Source: Octopus sinensis
Lineage: Eukaryota
Direction of reading: 5' to 3'
Length of the DNA: 64,000 bases
NCBI RefSeq assembly: GCF_006345805.1
Contig: NC_043020.1
Location: forward strand, 13,826,001 to 13,890,000
Positions 1 through 15,075 of the stretch are shown here, in pieces. The translations under genes were made by a program, and so were the position numbers. The first letter of the stretch is position 1. Each line of letters opens with the position of its first letter. The notes below the pieces were generated by a model. That model searched no databases and was not told the origin of the DNA. It was given only the letters and a program-made list of their open reading frames with translations.

Positions 1-231
1 GGCGGCGAGCTGGCAGAAACGTTAGCGCGCCGGGCGAAATGCGTAACAGTATTCCGTCTGTCGCTACGTTCTGAGTTCAAATTCCGCCGAGGTCGACTTT
101 GCCTTTCATCCTTTCGGGGTCGATAAATTAAGTACCAGTTATGCACTGGGGTCGATATAATTGACTTAATCCGTTTGTCTATCCTTGTTTGTCCCCTCTA
201 TGTTTAGCCCCTTGTGGGTAGTAAAGAAATA
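1..231 (+). mobile_element. SINE family A (tRNA-like head plus MetaSINE-like core), full copy
   Basis: A-box GAGCTGGCAGAA, B-box GAGTTCAAATTCC, core GACTTTGCCTTTCATCCTTTCGGGGTCGATAAATTAAGTACCAG; many copies in the window. Confidence 0.85.
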
Positions 232-406
232 TATATACACACACACACATCATCATCATACATACATATATTTCTAGCTTTCTAATTAGTGGTTTAATCA
301 TCCAATTATGAAATATGTTACCATTTATTAATTTGTTCTGGTTGTTGTCATGGAAACTAACAAATGTATTTTCTTTCTTTCTTTCTTTCTTTCTCTCTTT
401 GCTCAG

Positions 407-601
407 TTACCGAATCTATGATGACGATGTTGCCAGTGACAGTGATGTGAGTAACGGCCAGGGCGAAAGTCCTTTAGACAATGAACTGAGGGAAAATGGT
501 CCTTTGCTGCCACATAACACCCACACAGTGAAAATTGAGGGTCAGAGTAATTCTCCCACCCCTCCACTGACTACAGACCCCTCTCTTGGCAGCCCTGCCA
601 G
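407..601 (+). CDS. Penultimate coding exon of an unidentified gene (YRIYDDDVASDSD...DPSLGSPA)
   Basis: Long (CTTT)n tract then CTCAG| acceptor; open frame; AG|GTGACT donor; phase 2 to phase 2, in frame with the exon at 5268. Confidence 0.8.
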
Positions 602-691
602 GTGACTAAAATATATTTGTTTATTAAAGTAGAGACCACTTGTTTCGATTGCCACGTATTAAGGATGTTTTAATGGATGACGAGAAATCGT

Positions 692-1196
692 GGAGGCGCA
701 ATGGCCCAGTGGTTAGGGCAGCGGACTCACGGTCGTAGGATCACGGTTTCGATTCCCAGACCAGTATCTTAATATATTAAATGGCACAATGTTGTCTGTG
801 TGGGTGTATCCTTTATACGGAGGCGCAATGGCCCAGTGGTTAGGGCAGCGGACCGCGGTCGTAGGATCGCGGTTTCGATTCCCAGACCGGCGTTGTGAGT
901 GTTTATTGAGCGAAAACACCTAAAGCTCCACGAGGCTCCGGCAGGGATGGTGGTGATCCCTGCTGTACTCTTTCACCACAACTTTCTCTCACTCTTACTT
1001 CTGTTTCTGTTGTACCTGTATTTCAAAGGGCCAGCCTTGTCACTCTCTGTGTCACGCTGAATATCCCCGAAGAACTACGTTAAGGGTACACGTGTCTGTG
1101 GAGTGCTCAGCCACTTACACGTTAATTTCACGAGCAGGCTGTTCCGTTGGTCGGATCAACCGGAACCCTCATCGTCGTAACCGACGGAGTGCTTCC
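692..1196 (+). mobile_element. SINE family C (tRNA-derived): head-only copy 692-762 and full copy 819-1196
   Basis: Head TGGCCCAGTGGTTAGG...GGTTTCGATTCC; near-identical to 29901-30274 (-) and 52945-53326 (+). Confidence 0.85.
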
Positions 1197-1683
1197 AAAA
1201 AAAATTAATGGATGTATCTAGTAAAAGTCCATTGTCCCCTTGGCAGTGCTTATCTGTGTGTAGGGGACAGGGGGACAGCTTTTCTTTGTCAAATATCATA
1301 TTAAGACACAAGGGTCTTCAAGTTTAATCTGTTATTATGAATGCTTTATATGCACATACATACAGACACACACACACACACACACACACACATAAACATA
1401 CATACATACATATGGTTGCTTCCCAACCGCAAGGTTTGGGGTTCAGTCCCACCTTCAGACCAACCAAAGCCTTATGAGCAGATTTTTATAGATGGAAACG
1501 GAAAGAAGTCTGTGTGTGTGTGTGTCCTTCACATTGCAGAGCAGTTGTAAACGAGCATCACTTTCATACAAGCAGGGTTCTTTGTGTCCAAGCAAGGTAA
1601 TATTGCTCTGTGGCCAGTCATGTGAAAACCAAGCAAGGTTTTCACATGTAGTCATGTGAAAACCTTTCTTGGAAACATGTATG

Positions 1684-4620
1684 TTAGTTAGTTAGTTAGT
1701 TAGTTAATTTGGCTCAAAAGCAAATAGAAGGCATGTAGGGGGACACGGAGTTAAGTACAGGGTGGTGTTCATGTAAAGAGTTCAGGCCACTTGAGGTCAG
1801 GGAGGCTTTTGAACAAAGCGGTCGTCGGCAATCTTCACCATCTCATCTGGCAGCTTGTTCCACGGATCCGCAACCCGGACGGAGAAAGCTCCTCTCCTTC
1901 GATTGAGATGAAATCGTCGCAGGTAGAGCTTTTCGGAATGACCCCGCAGCCGACGCTCCGGAGCAGGAGTGAAGAAACAGCTCTTTCGAGAGGTTACACT
2001 TCCCGCTTATGATGTGTGGGCGAGAATGAGATCACACCGCGGCGGCGTTTTTCAAGAGAATAAAGGTCGAGCGTCCTCAGCCTTTCTTCGTAGGACAAAT
2101 TTTTGAGACCATGAACCAGCGGGTAGCCAGCCTCTGGACTCTTTCAAGGTGCTGTATGTCTTTGAGGAGATAAGGAGAAGAGGCTTGAATCCCATACTCC
2201 AATATGGGTCTCACCAGCGTGACATAGAGTGGCAGGAATATGGCTGCTGTGAGCACTCCGAATGACCGTCGAATCAAAAACAGAATTCCGCGCGCTTTGT
2301 TGGCAGCATGGACACACTGGGCCGAAGGCGAAAAGGAGGAATCCACCAAGAACCAGGTCCTTTACCTGATCGGTCCTCTCCAGCAGCAGACGACCCAGCT
2401 CGAAATCAAGTTGAGTTGTAGGAGTAGAGCCGACAGGCAGATGACACACTTTGACACGTTCAGACACAGGTCCCAATCGTTAGACCACTTCCAAATTTGG
2501 TGGAGGCATCGACGAAGATCCTCTATACTACCGCGAGGAGCGACCAGTTTGATATCGTCGGCAAATAGAAGGGTGTGTTGCGTGAGGTCGTCGGGGCAAG
2601 TCATTTATGAAGACTAAGAACAACAAGGGCCCAAGCACTGAACCTTGAGGCACGCCACTGCTCGCACTGGAGACGTCGGACCGCAAACCATTAACTTGAA
2701 CTTGGAAGGAGCGATCTGAGAGGAAGGCACCAACCCATCGTACAATATCCGGATGGAAACTATATGCTTGAAGCTTGACAAGTAGTAGGCGGTGGTTTAC
2801 CGAGTCAAAAGCTTTGGCAAAGTCCAATAAAACGATGTCAACAGCATCACTATCATCGAGGATGCGCGTCACCAATTCTTCCATTACTAGTAAGTTGGTC
2901 AAGCATGATCTCTTCGGCACGAAGCGCCGTGTTGGGAATCAGTGATCGAGGCTGTGCTTAGGAGGTGGAGCATCATACTTTTCTTAAGGATGGTTTCGAA
3001 CATCTTGCTGATTATTGATGTAAGGGAAACCGGTCGGTAGTTAAGCGGTCTCTCGCGGCTCCCTTTCTTGAAAATTGGGCAGATTATCGCGTTCTCCAGT
3101 CTGCAGGTATAACATAACACCGTCGCCAATGACATATTGATTAGTCGTGTTAAGGGGGCTCGCAGATGACCGGAGCCAACGCTTTGATAACCCGTGGGTG
3201 TATGCCGTCAGGGCCGTGACCCTTGTTGACATCAGGCCTTGAATACACGTTTGACTTGGTCCCGCGTGATGATCAATCGAAGCATTGGAGGTACCGATCT
3301 ATCAAATGGAGGGGGTTCACGACCATCATCTTGTTTGAAAATAGTTGAAAAAGCCTCAGCAAATAATTGACTCTGTTGATAAGGGTCCTCAATCGATACG
3401 CCTGTTGAGTCTACCAATGTTACAATCTGGTTGTTCAAGCGGGAATTCCGCTGGACATGGGCAAAGAAGTTTTGGATTGCTACTGGCATTTGCCGCGATT
3501 TTGTATTCATAACTGAAGCGTTCTTTCTTTTCAATTTTCGGGAGTTTGTACACCTCAAAAGCTGCAGTCGAATCCAGATTTTTGAATTCAGCCCAAGCAA
3601 TATCTCTGAGTCGACGTTCTCGTTTAACCTTCTTCGTCACCCAGGGCTTGTGTTTCTTCCTCTTGGAAGTCCAACGGGAACTGCCTGGTCAGTCAAACAG
3701 ATTACATATGCTTTGAGGGATGACCATAGTTCGTCAACTGAGGACAACGTCATCAGGGAACGCCAGTCCAGAAGCGCGGAAGCCTCGGTTAGAATTTCAA
3801 AGATTAATTGCAGAGAAGACTCTACGTGGCAGCGAAGTAATCGTGGTGGAAAAAGTTGTGTGCATGACGAACTTCAGGACCGCATGATCACTCTTGGCAA
3901 GAGGGGCGCACACAGATACGTCTGACACTGATCTTGGATAGCGGGAGAATACCAGATCTAGCATAGATGGCTGCTGCCCAGACCGATGCCTGTCGGATAT
4001 TCAACATGTTGCGATAGAAAACAATCTTCAGCCACGTCAAGAAGGGTCGGCCGAACCGGGAAGATGTTGTACAAATTGATGCGGGCCAATCGATCATGGG
4101 AGCGTTGAAGTCGCCTAGTACCAAGCAGTCATGCGAAGCTGAAACGAATCTTATCGCCTCGAGTAGATGAGCATCGTCCTGGGGGTCGGCTAGAGGCGGC
4201 CTGTAGACAGCCAACCGGGCAGGCAAAACTCAGATAGGCTCAGCTTGCAATAGACGGCATCGAATTTGGTTGTAGGATGAGCATTTGTGGGTAGAATACC
4301 GCAGGACGGTTTGTGCTCAGACTTACATACACAGCAACACCTCCCCTCGCCTTTTTCCTCTGTCACATCTGAAAAGGACGTAGCCCTGCATGTGGATCTC
4401 TGAGTCCTTTACTGCTGGAGTCAGCCAAGTCTCGGTGATAGCTATCACAATCAGGGGAGTCGCGTAGGGCCAGTGTAAATAGTTCACTGAACTTGGGGAA
4501 TAAGGAGCACGAGTTGGTGTAGACGATGCTGAGCTGTGAAGTCTGAGGGGCGGAGTTGGGGAACAAGCAGAATAAAGGCATCAGAGATAGCATCGTTGAC
4601 GGGGGTATCAACTTCACTTC
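1684..4620 (-). mobile_element. CR1-like LINE, near-complete ORF2 (APE endonuclease plus RT), frameshifted, antisense in the gene-1 intron
   Basis: IVYTN..., LGDFNAPMIDW, NYRPVSLTS, DFAKAFDSV, GVPQGSVLGPLLF, FADDIKL, LVRPILEY; (TAAC)n tail at 1684-1706. Confidence 0.93.
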
Positions 4621-4736
4621 GATTTGCCCTCACATCACTTCCTTCCCTGTCAGCACTACAGCATTGGGAACAGGAAGGGCATCCAGCCAAAGCAAATCTG
4701 CCTCAACAAATTCACTGACAAACATGGAAGAATGAT

Positions 4737-5143
4737 GGCGAGCTGGCAGAATCGTTAGCAACGCCGGGCGAAATGCTTAGCGGTATTCGTCTGCGTTACG
4801 TTGTGAGTTCAAATTCTGCCGAGGTCGACTTTGCCTTTCATCCTTTCGGGGTCGATAAATTAAGTACCAGTTACACACTGGGTCGATGTAATCGACTTAA
4901 TACCTTGTTCTATCCTTGTTTGTCCCCTCGTGTTTAGCCCCTTGTGGGTAATAAAGAAATAGGTTTTCGTCTGTCTTTACGTTGTGAGTTCAAATTCCGC
5001 CGAGGTCGACTTTGCCTTTCATCCTTTCGGGGTCGATAAATTAAGTACCAGTTACGCACTGGGGGCGATGTAATCGACTTAATACCTATGTCTGTCCTTG
5101 TTTGTCCCCTCTGTGTTTAGCCCCTTGTGGGTAATAAAGAAAT
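4737..5143 (+). mobile_element. SINE family A dimer (full unit plus headless unit)
   Basis: Junction AAAGAAATAGG|TTTTCGTCTG at about 4963. Confidence 0.85.
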
Positions 5144-5267
5144 AGGTGATGATGATGATGATTGTGTTTGCTTTTCTGAGAAATCGTTACAAATAATATT
5201 ATTGACCAGCAAACGTTGTCTCTAATGAACAAAATCTCAATAAACAATTTGTCTGTATTTTTTTCAG

Positions 5268-5535
5268 AACCCAACAAGTTATCCCAGACAGTATTAACAA
5301 CACAGACCAAGACAGTGTAGTTCTTCAAAGTCCAAACAAAGGCAGACCAGCTGATATCAAGAATAACCCAGAGGAAACAGCCACAGATGGGCCGCCGCAA
5401 GAGGAAGACGTAGAGGAAGAAGAGGACCTGATGAAGGTTTCTGACAGTCCAACACGAGAACAACCGACAAGTCCTAGTCAACTTCCACCGTATATCTCTG
5501 CTACGGATAACGAGATCAAGCAGTTTGCAAGTTGA
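5268..5535 (+). CDS. Terminal coding exon of the same gene (RTQQVIPDS...EEDVEEEEDL...DNEIKQFAS*)
   Basis: TTTTTTTCAG| acceptor; split codon AG|A = Arg; 88 further open codons to TGA at 5533-5535; acidic coding-like composition; AT-rich UTR-like sequence follows. Confidence 0.78.
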
Positions 5536-6965
5536 TATGCAATAATAATATCCTTCATGCCATTTCTACGCCTGCATCTGTAATTTCAATGTGAACGCTG
5601 TCTCTTACACTTTAAACATTAAATTAGCCTCCAAGAACACACGTTAAACCATTCTCTCAAAGAACACAGATTAAAACCCTTCTCCAGCATCACATTAAGC
5701 CATTCTCTCAAAGAGCACCCATTGAAAAATCTTTCCAAGAACACAATTTAAACTATCCTGTTAGAATACAGACTAAACCATTCTCCAATAAAAAAAAAAA
5801 AAAACTTTCTCCAAGAACATGTGTCAAACCAATATGAAAATCCTCCAAACTTTAACAGTTTTTAATTCTTGTTGTTGTTGTTGTTTAACCCCGGGTCAAG
5901 TATAACCAAGCAGTTCTATGACCATTCCATCATATTTCCAAACATTGTGTCCAAGAATACATTACCCAGTATGTACTTCTGTTTTTAAAGGCTGCAAGGC
6001 ATGTTCTGAGTGGAATTTGACTGTACTTTCTTGCAGATTGAGTAACTATGTGGAGACACCTAGATTTTTCTTTTTGTTTCAGTTTCTTTTGATTTATTCT
6101 TCCAACAAGGTACATACAGCAAGGTACATGTAACTGGGTACATGCAACCAGGTACATCAATATATTTACAGTTAGGTACCTACAACATGCTAGACCCCAG
6201 ATCAGATGATTCTTGTTTGGTTTTTTGCAGTATTTTTCTCATTATAGCAATCAGTATTGTCCCCAAGTAATGATACATCTGATCTCGGTCAGGAATTAAA
6301 CCTTTATCTTTAATTTACCAATGTGTCTGTTATAGTCCCCACTGAGCCATTATTCTACAAGTTAATGCTTGTTTTCCCATTTTAGGGTTCTCCCTTAAAC
6401 ATTGAAATAAAAACATTTACACTCATTCTTTTTTTTTTGCTCCTCCAAGATCTGCACTGTGGGCCAGTGGTAAAATAGACCCAATTGGTAAAGTAAAATT
6501 TTCTGGTTCAATCTCTGGCCAAGTTTAGCAACTTAACCTGAGAATGATTAGAGAGAATACCAGCCAAATTGTTATGTCAGCAAAACTCCCAAAGCAAAGA
6601 AAATAAAACAACCAAACTTTGGTTGGTTTCCTAAATGAAACAATTTGGTAATAAAAGACATGTTGACGTTTCCTAAATTGACCGAAACATGGAACCTACT
6701 CGGCTCTCTTTTACAATTCCATTTAGAGATTGCTTTAACAGAAACAAAACCTTGAGATAATATTCTCTACCGATTCTTTCTTCATGTTCGAATTTTTGTG
6801 TAACTTCCATATTTTGGGATTTTGTTTGTTTCTTTACGCTGTTTTACTTTTTTTATTTTTTTTCTTAACTGTTTCACCAAATTTGAAATCTTCCCCAAAT
6901 TTGTGATCCTGTGCCAATATTATAAGTCATTATCCTCATCATCATCATCATCATCATCATTATAA

Positions 6966-7178
6966 GGTGGTGAGCTGGCAGAATCGTTAGCATGCCAGGA
7001 AAAGTGCTTAGCGGCATTTCGTCCATCTTTATGTTCTGAGTTCAAATTCCACCGAGGCTGACTTTGCCTTTCACACTTTTGGGGTCAATGAAATAAGAAC
7101 CAGTTGAGTTCTGGGGTCGATGTAATCGACTTAACCCCACCCCACCAAATTTCAGACCTTGTACTTATAGTAGAAAGA

Positions 7179-7226
<48 letters not shown>

Positions 7227-7639
7227 GATTATTATTATATAAGGAGGCAGGCTAGCAGAATCATTAGCACACTGGATGAAATACTTGCAGTATTTCGCCC
7301 ATCACTACGTTCTGAGTTCAAATTCTACCAAGGTCGACTTTGCCTTTCATCCTTTTGGGGTCGATAAATTAAGTACCAGTGAAATACTGGGTCAATGTAA
7401 TTGATGAGTCCCCTCATTTTCTGCTGCTTTTAAATAAAGTATATATATATATATATATTGTTAGTCAATGAATTATGATAGTTTGGGGGTTTTCTAACAA
7501 TGATTCTGGGCATGTTTGGGTCTAATGCTGAACTCTTCAGTAACACAGACTTCACCCAACTTGCTAGAGAGACTATAGATGAAAGAATCTCGAAGAATCT
7601 TGGGCCTTGTGCCTATAGTAGAAAGGATTATTATTATTA

Positions 7640-7684
<45 letters not shown>

Positions 7685-8122
7685 GGCATCAAGCTGGCAG
7701 AGTCGTTAGCATGCTGGGCAAAATGCTTAGTGGCATTTCATTCAAATTCTGCCAAGGTCAACTTTCTCTCTCATCCTTTCGGGGTCGATAAAATAAGTAC
7801 CAGTTGCATATTGGGATCAATGTAATCAACCAGCCCCCTTCCCCAAAGCTGCAGACCTTGTGCCAAAATTTGAAAGCATTATGATTATAATTATTATTAT
7901 TATTGGCAAGCTGGCAGGAAAGGCGGCAAGTTGGCACATTGGGCGAAATACTTAGCGGTATTTCGTCTGCCATTACGTTCTGAGTTCAAATTCCACTGAG
8001 GTCAACTTTGCCTTTCATCCTTTCAGGGTCGATAAATTAAGTACCAGTTATACACTGGGGTCAATGTAATTGACTCTCCCACTCCCCGCAAATTCCAGGC
8101 CTTGTGCCTATAGTTGAAAAGA
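6966..8122 (+). mobile_element. Cluster of four SINE family A copies (alternative-tail subfamily) separated by (ATT)n
   Basis: Repeated head and core, with tail GCCTTGTGCCTATAGTAGAAAGG followed by (ATT)n. Confidence 0.8.
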
Positions 8123-8787
8123 TTATTATTATTAATATTATTATTGTAAAAGTATTTTGGCAAAAATGATAGTTTTGGGTCAAGTAACTTGCAGTAGGTA
8201 TATTGTTGATGTACCAGTCATGAACTGGGGATCAATCAACTATACCTCTGCCCCACCCACCTACTACCACCACTACCATCACCACACACACATTTCAGTC
8301 CTTGTAACCACATTTAAGTTTAGAATTATTTCATATTGTACGTAGGTGGTGGAGGACAGAATTGATAAAGTAAGACAAATACGTTGTGGTATTTACATAG
8401 GTGTCTTTGTGCCCTGTGTTCAAATCCCACAAGATCCTTCTACTGTCTATTCAGTTCCTCCTCTTGGGTCAATGCCATATAAGGGGTTAAATATACACCC
8501 CACGCACAAACACACACATATATGGGTCAAATACACATTGGCACTCACACATACATATAGTGATGAAATACACACACATCATAGAAATTAAATACATATG
8601 ATAGACACACACACACACACACAATTTAAGTACAAAAGACATGAATCCATACAATATAGCAGAAAATATATTATTTATTCAGTTTTTTGCTAAAATTTAT
8701 ATATACACACACATCCACCCATATATATATATATATAATATTATATATATATGTGTGTGTGTATGTATATATATATATGTACATATA

Positions 8788-9169
8788 GGCGTAGGGGTGG
8801 CTGTGTGGTAAGTAGCTTGCTTACGAACCACATGGTTCCGGGTTCAGTCCCACTGCGTGGCACCTTGGGCAAGTGTCTTCTACTGTAGCCTCGGGCCAAC
8901 AAAAGCCTTGTGAGTGGATTTGGTAGACAGAAACTGAAGCCTGTCATATATATGTATATATATATATAGATGTATGTATGTGTGTATATATGTTTGTGTG
9001 TCTGTGTCTGCTCCCCAACATCGCTTGACAACCGATGTTGCAGTTCGGCAAAAGAGACCGATAGAATAAGTACTAGGCTTACAAAGAATAAGTCCCGGGG
9101 TCGATTTGCTCGACTGAAGGTGGTGCTCCAGCATGGCCACAGTCAAACGACTGAAAAAAGTAAAAGAGT
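8788..9169 (+). mobile_element. SINE family B (CORE-SINE, OR2-like) with an internal (TA)n(TG)n and a second module
   Basis: tRNA-like head, CORE motif ACCTTGGGCAAGT; further copies at 17764-18175, 19531-19930, 32386-32780, 43540-43920 (+) and 36414-36814, 41195-41582, 45515-45923 (-). Confidence 0.85.
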
Positions 9170-9699
9170 ATACATATATACATACCTATAATTAACAACT
9201 AAATATAAGTGAAATATGTATATAATTGTAATATTCTATACATATACACAACATAGTTTCACTGGAATGTATATATAATTGTAATATTTTACACACATAC
9301 ACCATACAGTCCTATATCTAAATGTACAAATCTTTACCAGTTAAATACTGGGGTCCAGCTATAGTCTCCACTGTCCCAAACGATGTGTGGCTTCGTGCCA
9401 ATCCTAGATGCCATCAAGCCATTTGATTATTCAACAGAAAGAAGTCTGTTAAATGATATTCTTTTCCTGCTTCACCTTTTTGTCTTGGATTTTCTTCCTC
9501 TGTCTATCAGAGAGTCCCTTCTTCTGTTCATTCCATCTCGTTCTACCATTCCATTACCAACCGCCAACCTTTCATAACCCAAACTATTGTCATAGCAGTT
9601 CACATTCCTCACTCTTTTGGATTCAAGCATTTAAGAATTACATGGCCAAAGAAGATAGCTCTATCTATACCACAACATGTAATTTATATCATCATCTAT

Positions 9700-9731
<32 letters not shown>

Positions 9732-9961
9732 TCACACACACATATATAGATAGATAGATACACACAGATATATATACACACATACATAGATATATATGTA
9801 TATGTGTGTGTACAAACAACATGCAATTATATATATGTGTGTGTGTGTATATGTGCACACACATACAACATAATTTATATCATCATTTATATATTGTGTG
9901 TGCATGTGTATACACACAACTTGCAATTTATATCATCATCTGTGTATTTATATATATATAT

Positions 9962-10330
9962 ATATCATCATCATCATCATCATCGTTTAACGTCCGCTTT
10001 CCATGCTAGCATGGGTTGGACGGTTCAACTGGGGTCTGGCAAGCCCGAAGGCTGCACCAGGCCAGTCAGATCTGGCAGTGTTTCTACAGCTGGATGCCCT
10101 TCCTAACGCCAACCACTCCGAGAGTGTAGTGGGTGATTTTATGTGCCACCGACACATATATATATAACCCATGCTAGCATGGAAAGCAGACGCTAAATGA
10201 ATGATATATATATATATATATATATGTATGACTGGGCCTGATGAAGCCTTCCGGCTTCACAGACCCCAGTTAAACTGTCCAACCCATGCTAGCATGGAAA
10301 ACGGACGCTAAATGATGATGATGATGATAT
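9962..10330. mobile_element. RTE 3'-tail retroposon (family D) fragments in inverted arrangement
   Basis: GGAAGGGCATCCAGC...CCATGCTAGCATGGAAAG...(GAT)n on both strands; other copies near 19.3, 26.4, 26.7, 37.0, 42.1, 42.9, 46.3, 48.0, 56.3 and 63.8 kb. Confidence 0.8.
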
Positions 10331-11790
10331 ATATATATATACACACACTCACACACACACACTTACATAGTAATTAATTAATATCAAGGCAGAACACAGA
10401 AAAAGTCAAGGTTAAAAACTACAAAATTTTGTTTAATACTGTGAAAAAGAAATTGACATTTTGAACAGTTTTCTATATAACCTTGTGTGTGTGTGTGTGT
10501 AATGATGTTTATTTACATAATCATTTTTGGGGGGGGATCTAATTAAATTTTAAAAGTGATGTACCAAAAAATGAATTATTTTTGCCTCTAAGTCCATCCC
10601 ATTTTCTCATTTTTGTTACCTCCCTTGATTCATATTTTTAATTACTTTTCATTAGTTCTTTTCTATCTAATTATTTCCTGTATCATTAGTTACTTTGTGT
10701 CTAATCATCTGCAGTATCTTAATGAATCTCTCCTTCGATTATCATTAGGGTGACCACACTTCTCTACATAGAATTCTAATGATGTATTAAGCTGAGAATT
10801 GAACTTGTTGCCCATTGGTTACAAACTTGGAGGATTTCTAGAATGGGTTTTATTCACAACAACACATCGTGGTAGTGTTGCCCTTCCTCCTGGAAGGATG
10901 ACACAGGTTGCCATGGATTTACAATAAAGGAACACATACACACACACACACACATGCACAGAACCATTGCGAAGAAATTTAATTCACACATCACAGAAAT
11001 AAAATACACACATCCTGGAGATTACATGTACAATCACGCACACTTACACACATACTCAAACACACACACACACACACTGTAAAAAAATTTAATACACACA
11101 CCACAGAAATTAAATAGACACACATCATGGATATTACACATAGTCATACACACACTCTCTCGCTCTCACACACATACACACAGATTAAATACAAGCACAC
11201 TTACACACATACACACGTACATATTAAACACATAGAACAGAAATTAATACATACAATATAACAAAATGTATATTATCTACACACTGGAACATGTATATAT
11301 AATTGATACATTCTACACAATATATATATACAGTGCAGTGTCACTGGAACATGTATATATAATTATAAGATTTTACACATTATATATACAGTAAGACGTC
11401 AACCTATTTCAGAGATTATAGGCCAGTATTTAATTCTGATTTATCTTGTATTAAATGGATGAGACAAATATTCCCCCTGGACAAGGTGCTAGTCTATTGC
11501 AATTAACTTCTCCGGAAGCTCTGGTACTCGTTCACCACAGCTACATTGAGACAGAATAAAATGTCCCGACTGGGTGAAAAAAAGAAAAAAAATACCTAGG
11601 GACACCTGCATGGAATGTTACTAGTAATGTAGGCATTAAAATACTTGATGTAATGAGACAAGAAATTATTACCTTAATGATTGATTCAGGTGAAAAGAAT
11701 GAGGGGAGACTCTCCAGGTGAAAAAGATTAAATGAATCACTTTTCAAGTAGGTCTTACTTTGTAATCTAATTTTGTAGGATGGCGACATC

Positions 11791-12149
11791 TTAACCCTTT
11801 AGCATTCAGATTATTCTGTCAAATGTAATGCTTATTTATCCACAATATTTTGAATTAATCATGCATTGTCTCATAGCTTCGAGATTTCAATGGTGTGTTT
11901 GTCTATTTTTAGAATGACGTTGTAGGATACCTGTAGGATAACAGGTAGAATATTTGGGACAGATGTGGCTAGTTTAAATGCTAAAGGCTTAACCCTTTAG
12001 GATTGTAATGCTTATATATTCACATTGTTTCGAATTAATCTTGCATTACCTCATACGACATTGTAGGGTAGATGTGAAAGGCCAGTTTGAACATAAAACA
12101 GGTAGAATATTTGGGCTGGATATGGCTGGTTTCTATAATAAAGGGTTAA
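11791..12149. mobile_element. Two adjacent piggyBac-like MITEs sharing a TTAA
   Basis: TTAA-CCCTTTAG...AAAGG(G/C)-TTAA ends; related copies at about 42418-42615 and 60741-60965. Confidence 0.7.
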
Positions 12150-13319
12150 CATATTCTCCTATAAATATCATAAATATATGTCTTAATATATTCTTCTATA
12201 ACATACATCCTATAAAGACATCTTTCAACAGTGAACTGGCTGTTCTTGAAACATTGGCATCTAATAGTGACTAAGTTTTCATCGGTTGTTGATAATTATA
12301 AAGGTCACATCAATTGTTGATAATTCTAAACACTTCCGAAAGGAAAATGGTTCAAGATAAAAATATCAATAAATAAAAAAAGTTAGTTACAAATTCCTAT
12401 GTATCTGCTGCAACTTGAAACCCTACAAATTGTTTTTCAGGACAGAATGATCCCATTACTTTAATATAACAGGTTTATTAAAAAAAAAATTTTTTTTTTT
12501 TTGAAATTTCATTACTTAAAATTTATTTGGCATTGCTGTATATTTATTTGGGGTTAAAATTCAAATGTGACCTGCAAATTCCATAATTTTAATTATCAAC
12601 CATCAATTCTATTGATCCAGATATGATCTGTTGTTTCTTTTCCCCACTTTTTTTTCATTTATACTTTAAATGGACCCCTTATACAGAAAGGCTGTGTAAC
12701 ATATTTAACAAGCTGATGTATGATACCATTAATAGTTTGAATATTTTTAGACCCTTCCACCCCTATCTTGTACAAGCCAAATCTGGTGAAAACACCTCCA
12801 AGGTTTGTGTGGTTCTTGATTATGTATTTTTATTGTATTTCTTTATCATAGGAATTATTTTTATAATTTAATTCTCTTGTCTTTAATTCAAAACCAAGAC
12901 AGCTTTATCAATATATATATATACACATATACCTACTTGATGTCACCAGAAGTTACATCTGTATGTATATATATATACTTGATATCACCAGAATTGATGT
13001 CTTTAAATCCAGTTAATCAGTTAATCTCTCTCACAGGGATTATTGTCTAGTTACCGTCTGTAGTCTCACATTGAATCTGTTTTGTCTTGTTACTTAAATT
13101 CCTAAAAAAAAAAATATAAACTATTTGCTTTCTCCTAATACCAAATAAACATCAAGTCTCTAATTAGTCTATTTTATGAATTTCTATTTCTTGATGAATT
13201 TGAAATAAATTCTTGAATGTAAAATAATATATATATATATATATCACCCCCATCGCTCATCAGTTTACTTCTCCATGCCTCATATTGTTATCCAACTTTG
13301 TCCCACATCACTACTAACA

Positions 13320-15075
<1,756 letters not shown>

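Noticed and set aside
692-900. SINE heads as functional tRNA genes
   Set aside because: They lack a closing acceptor stem and continue into multi-copy SINE bodies.
6450-6487. Small exon-like segment SALWASGKIDPI
   Set aside because: Too short and downstream of the gene-1 stop; probably 3'UTR.
9511-9678. Exon-like open segment RVPSSVHSISFYHS...SIPQH
   Set aside because: No recognisable homology and no supported link to either gene; gene 1 already stops at 5535.
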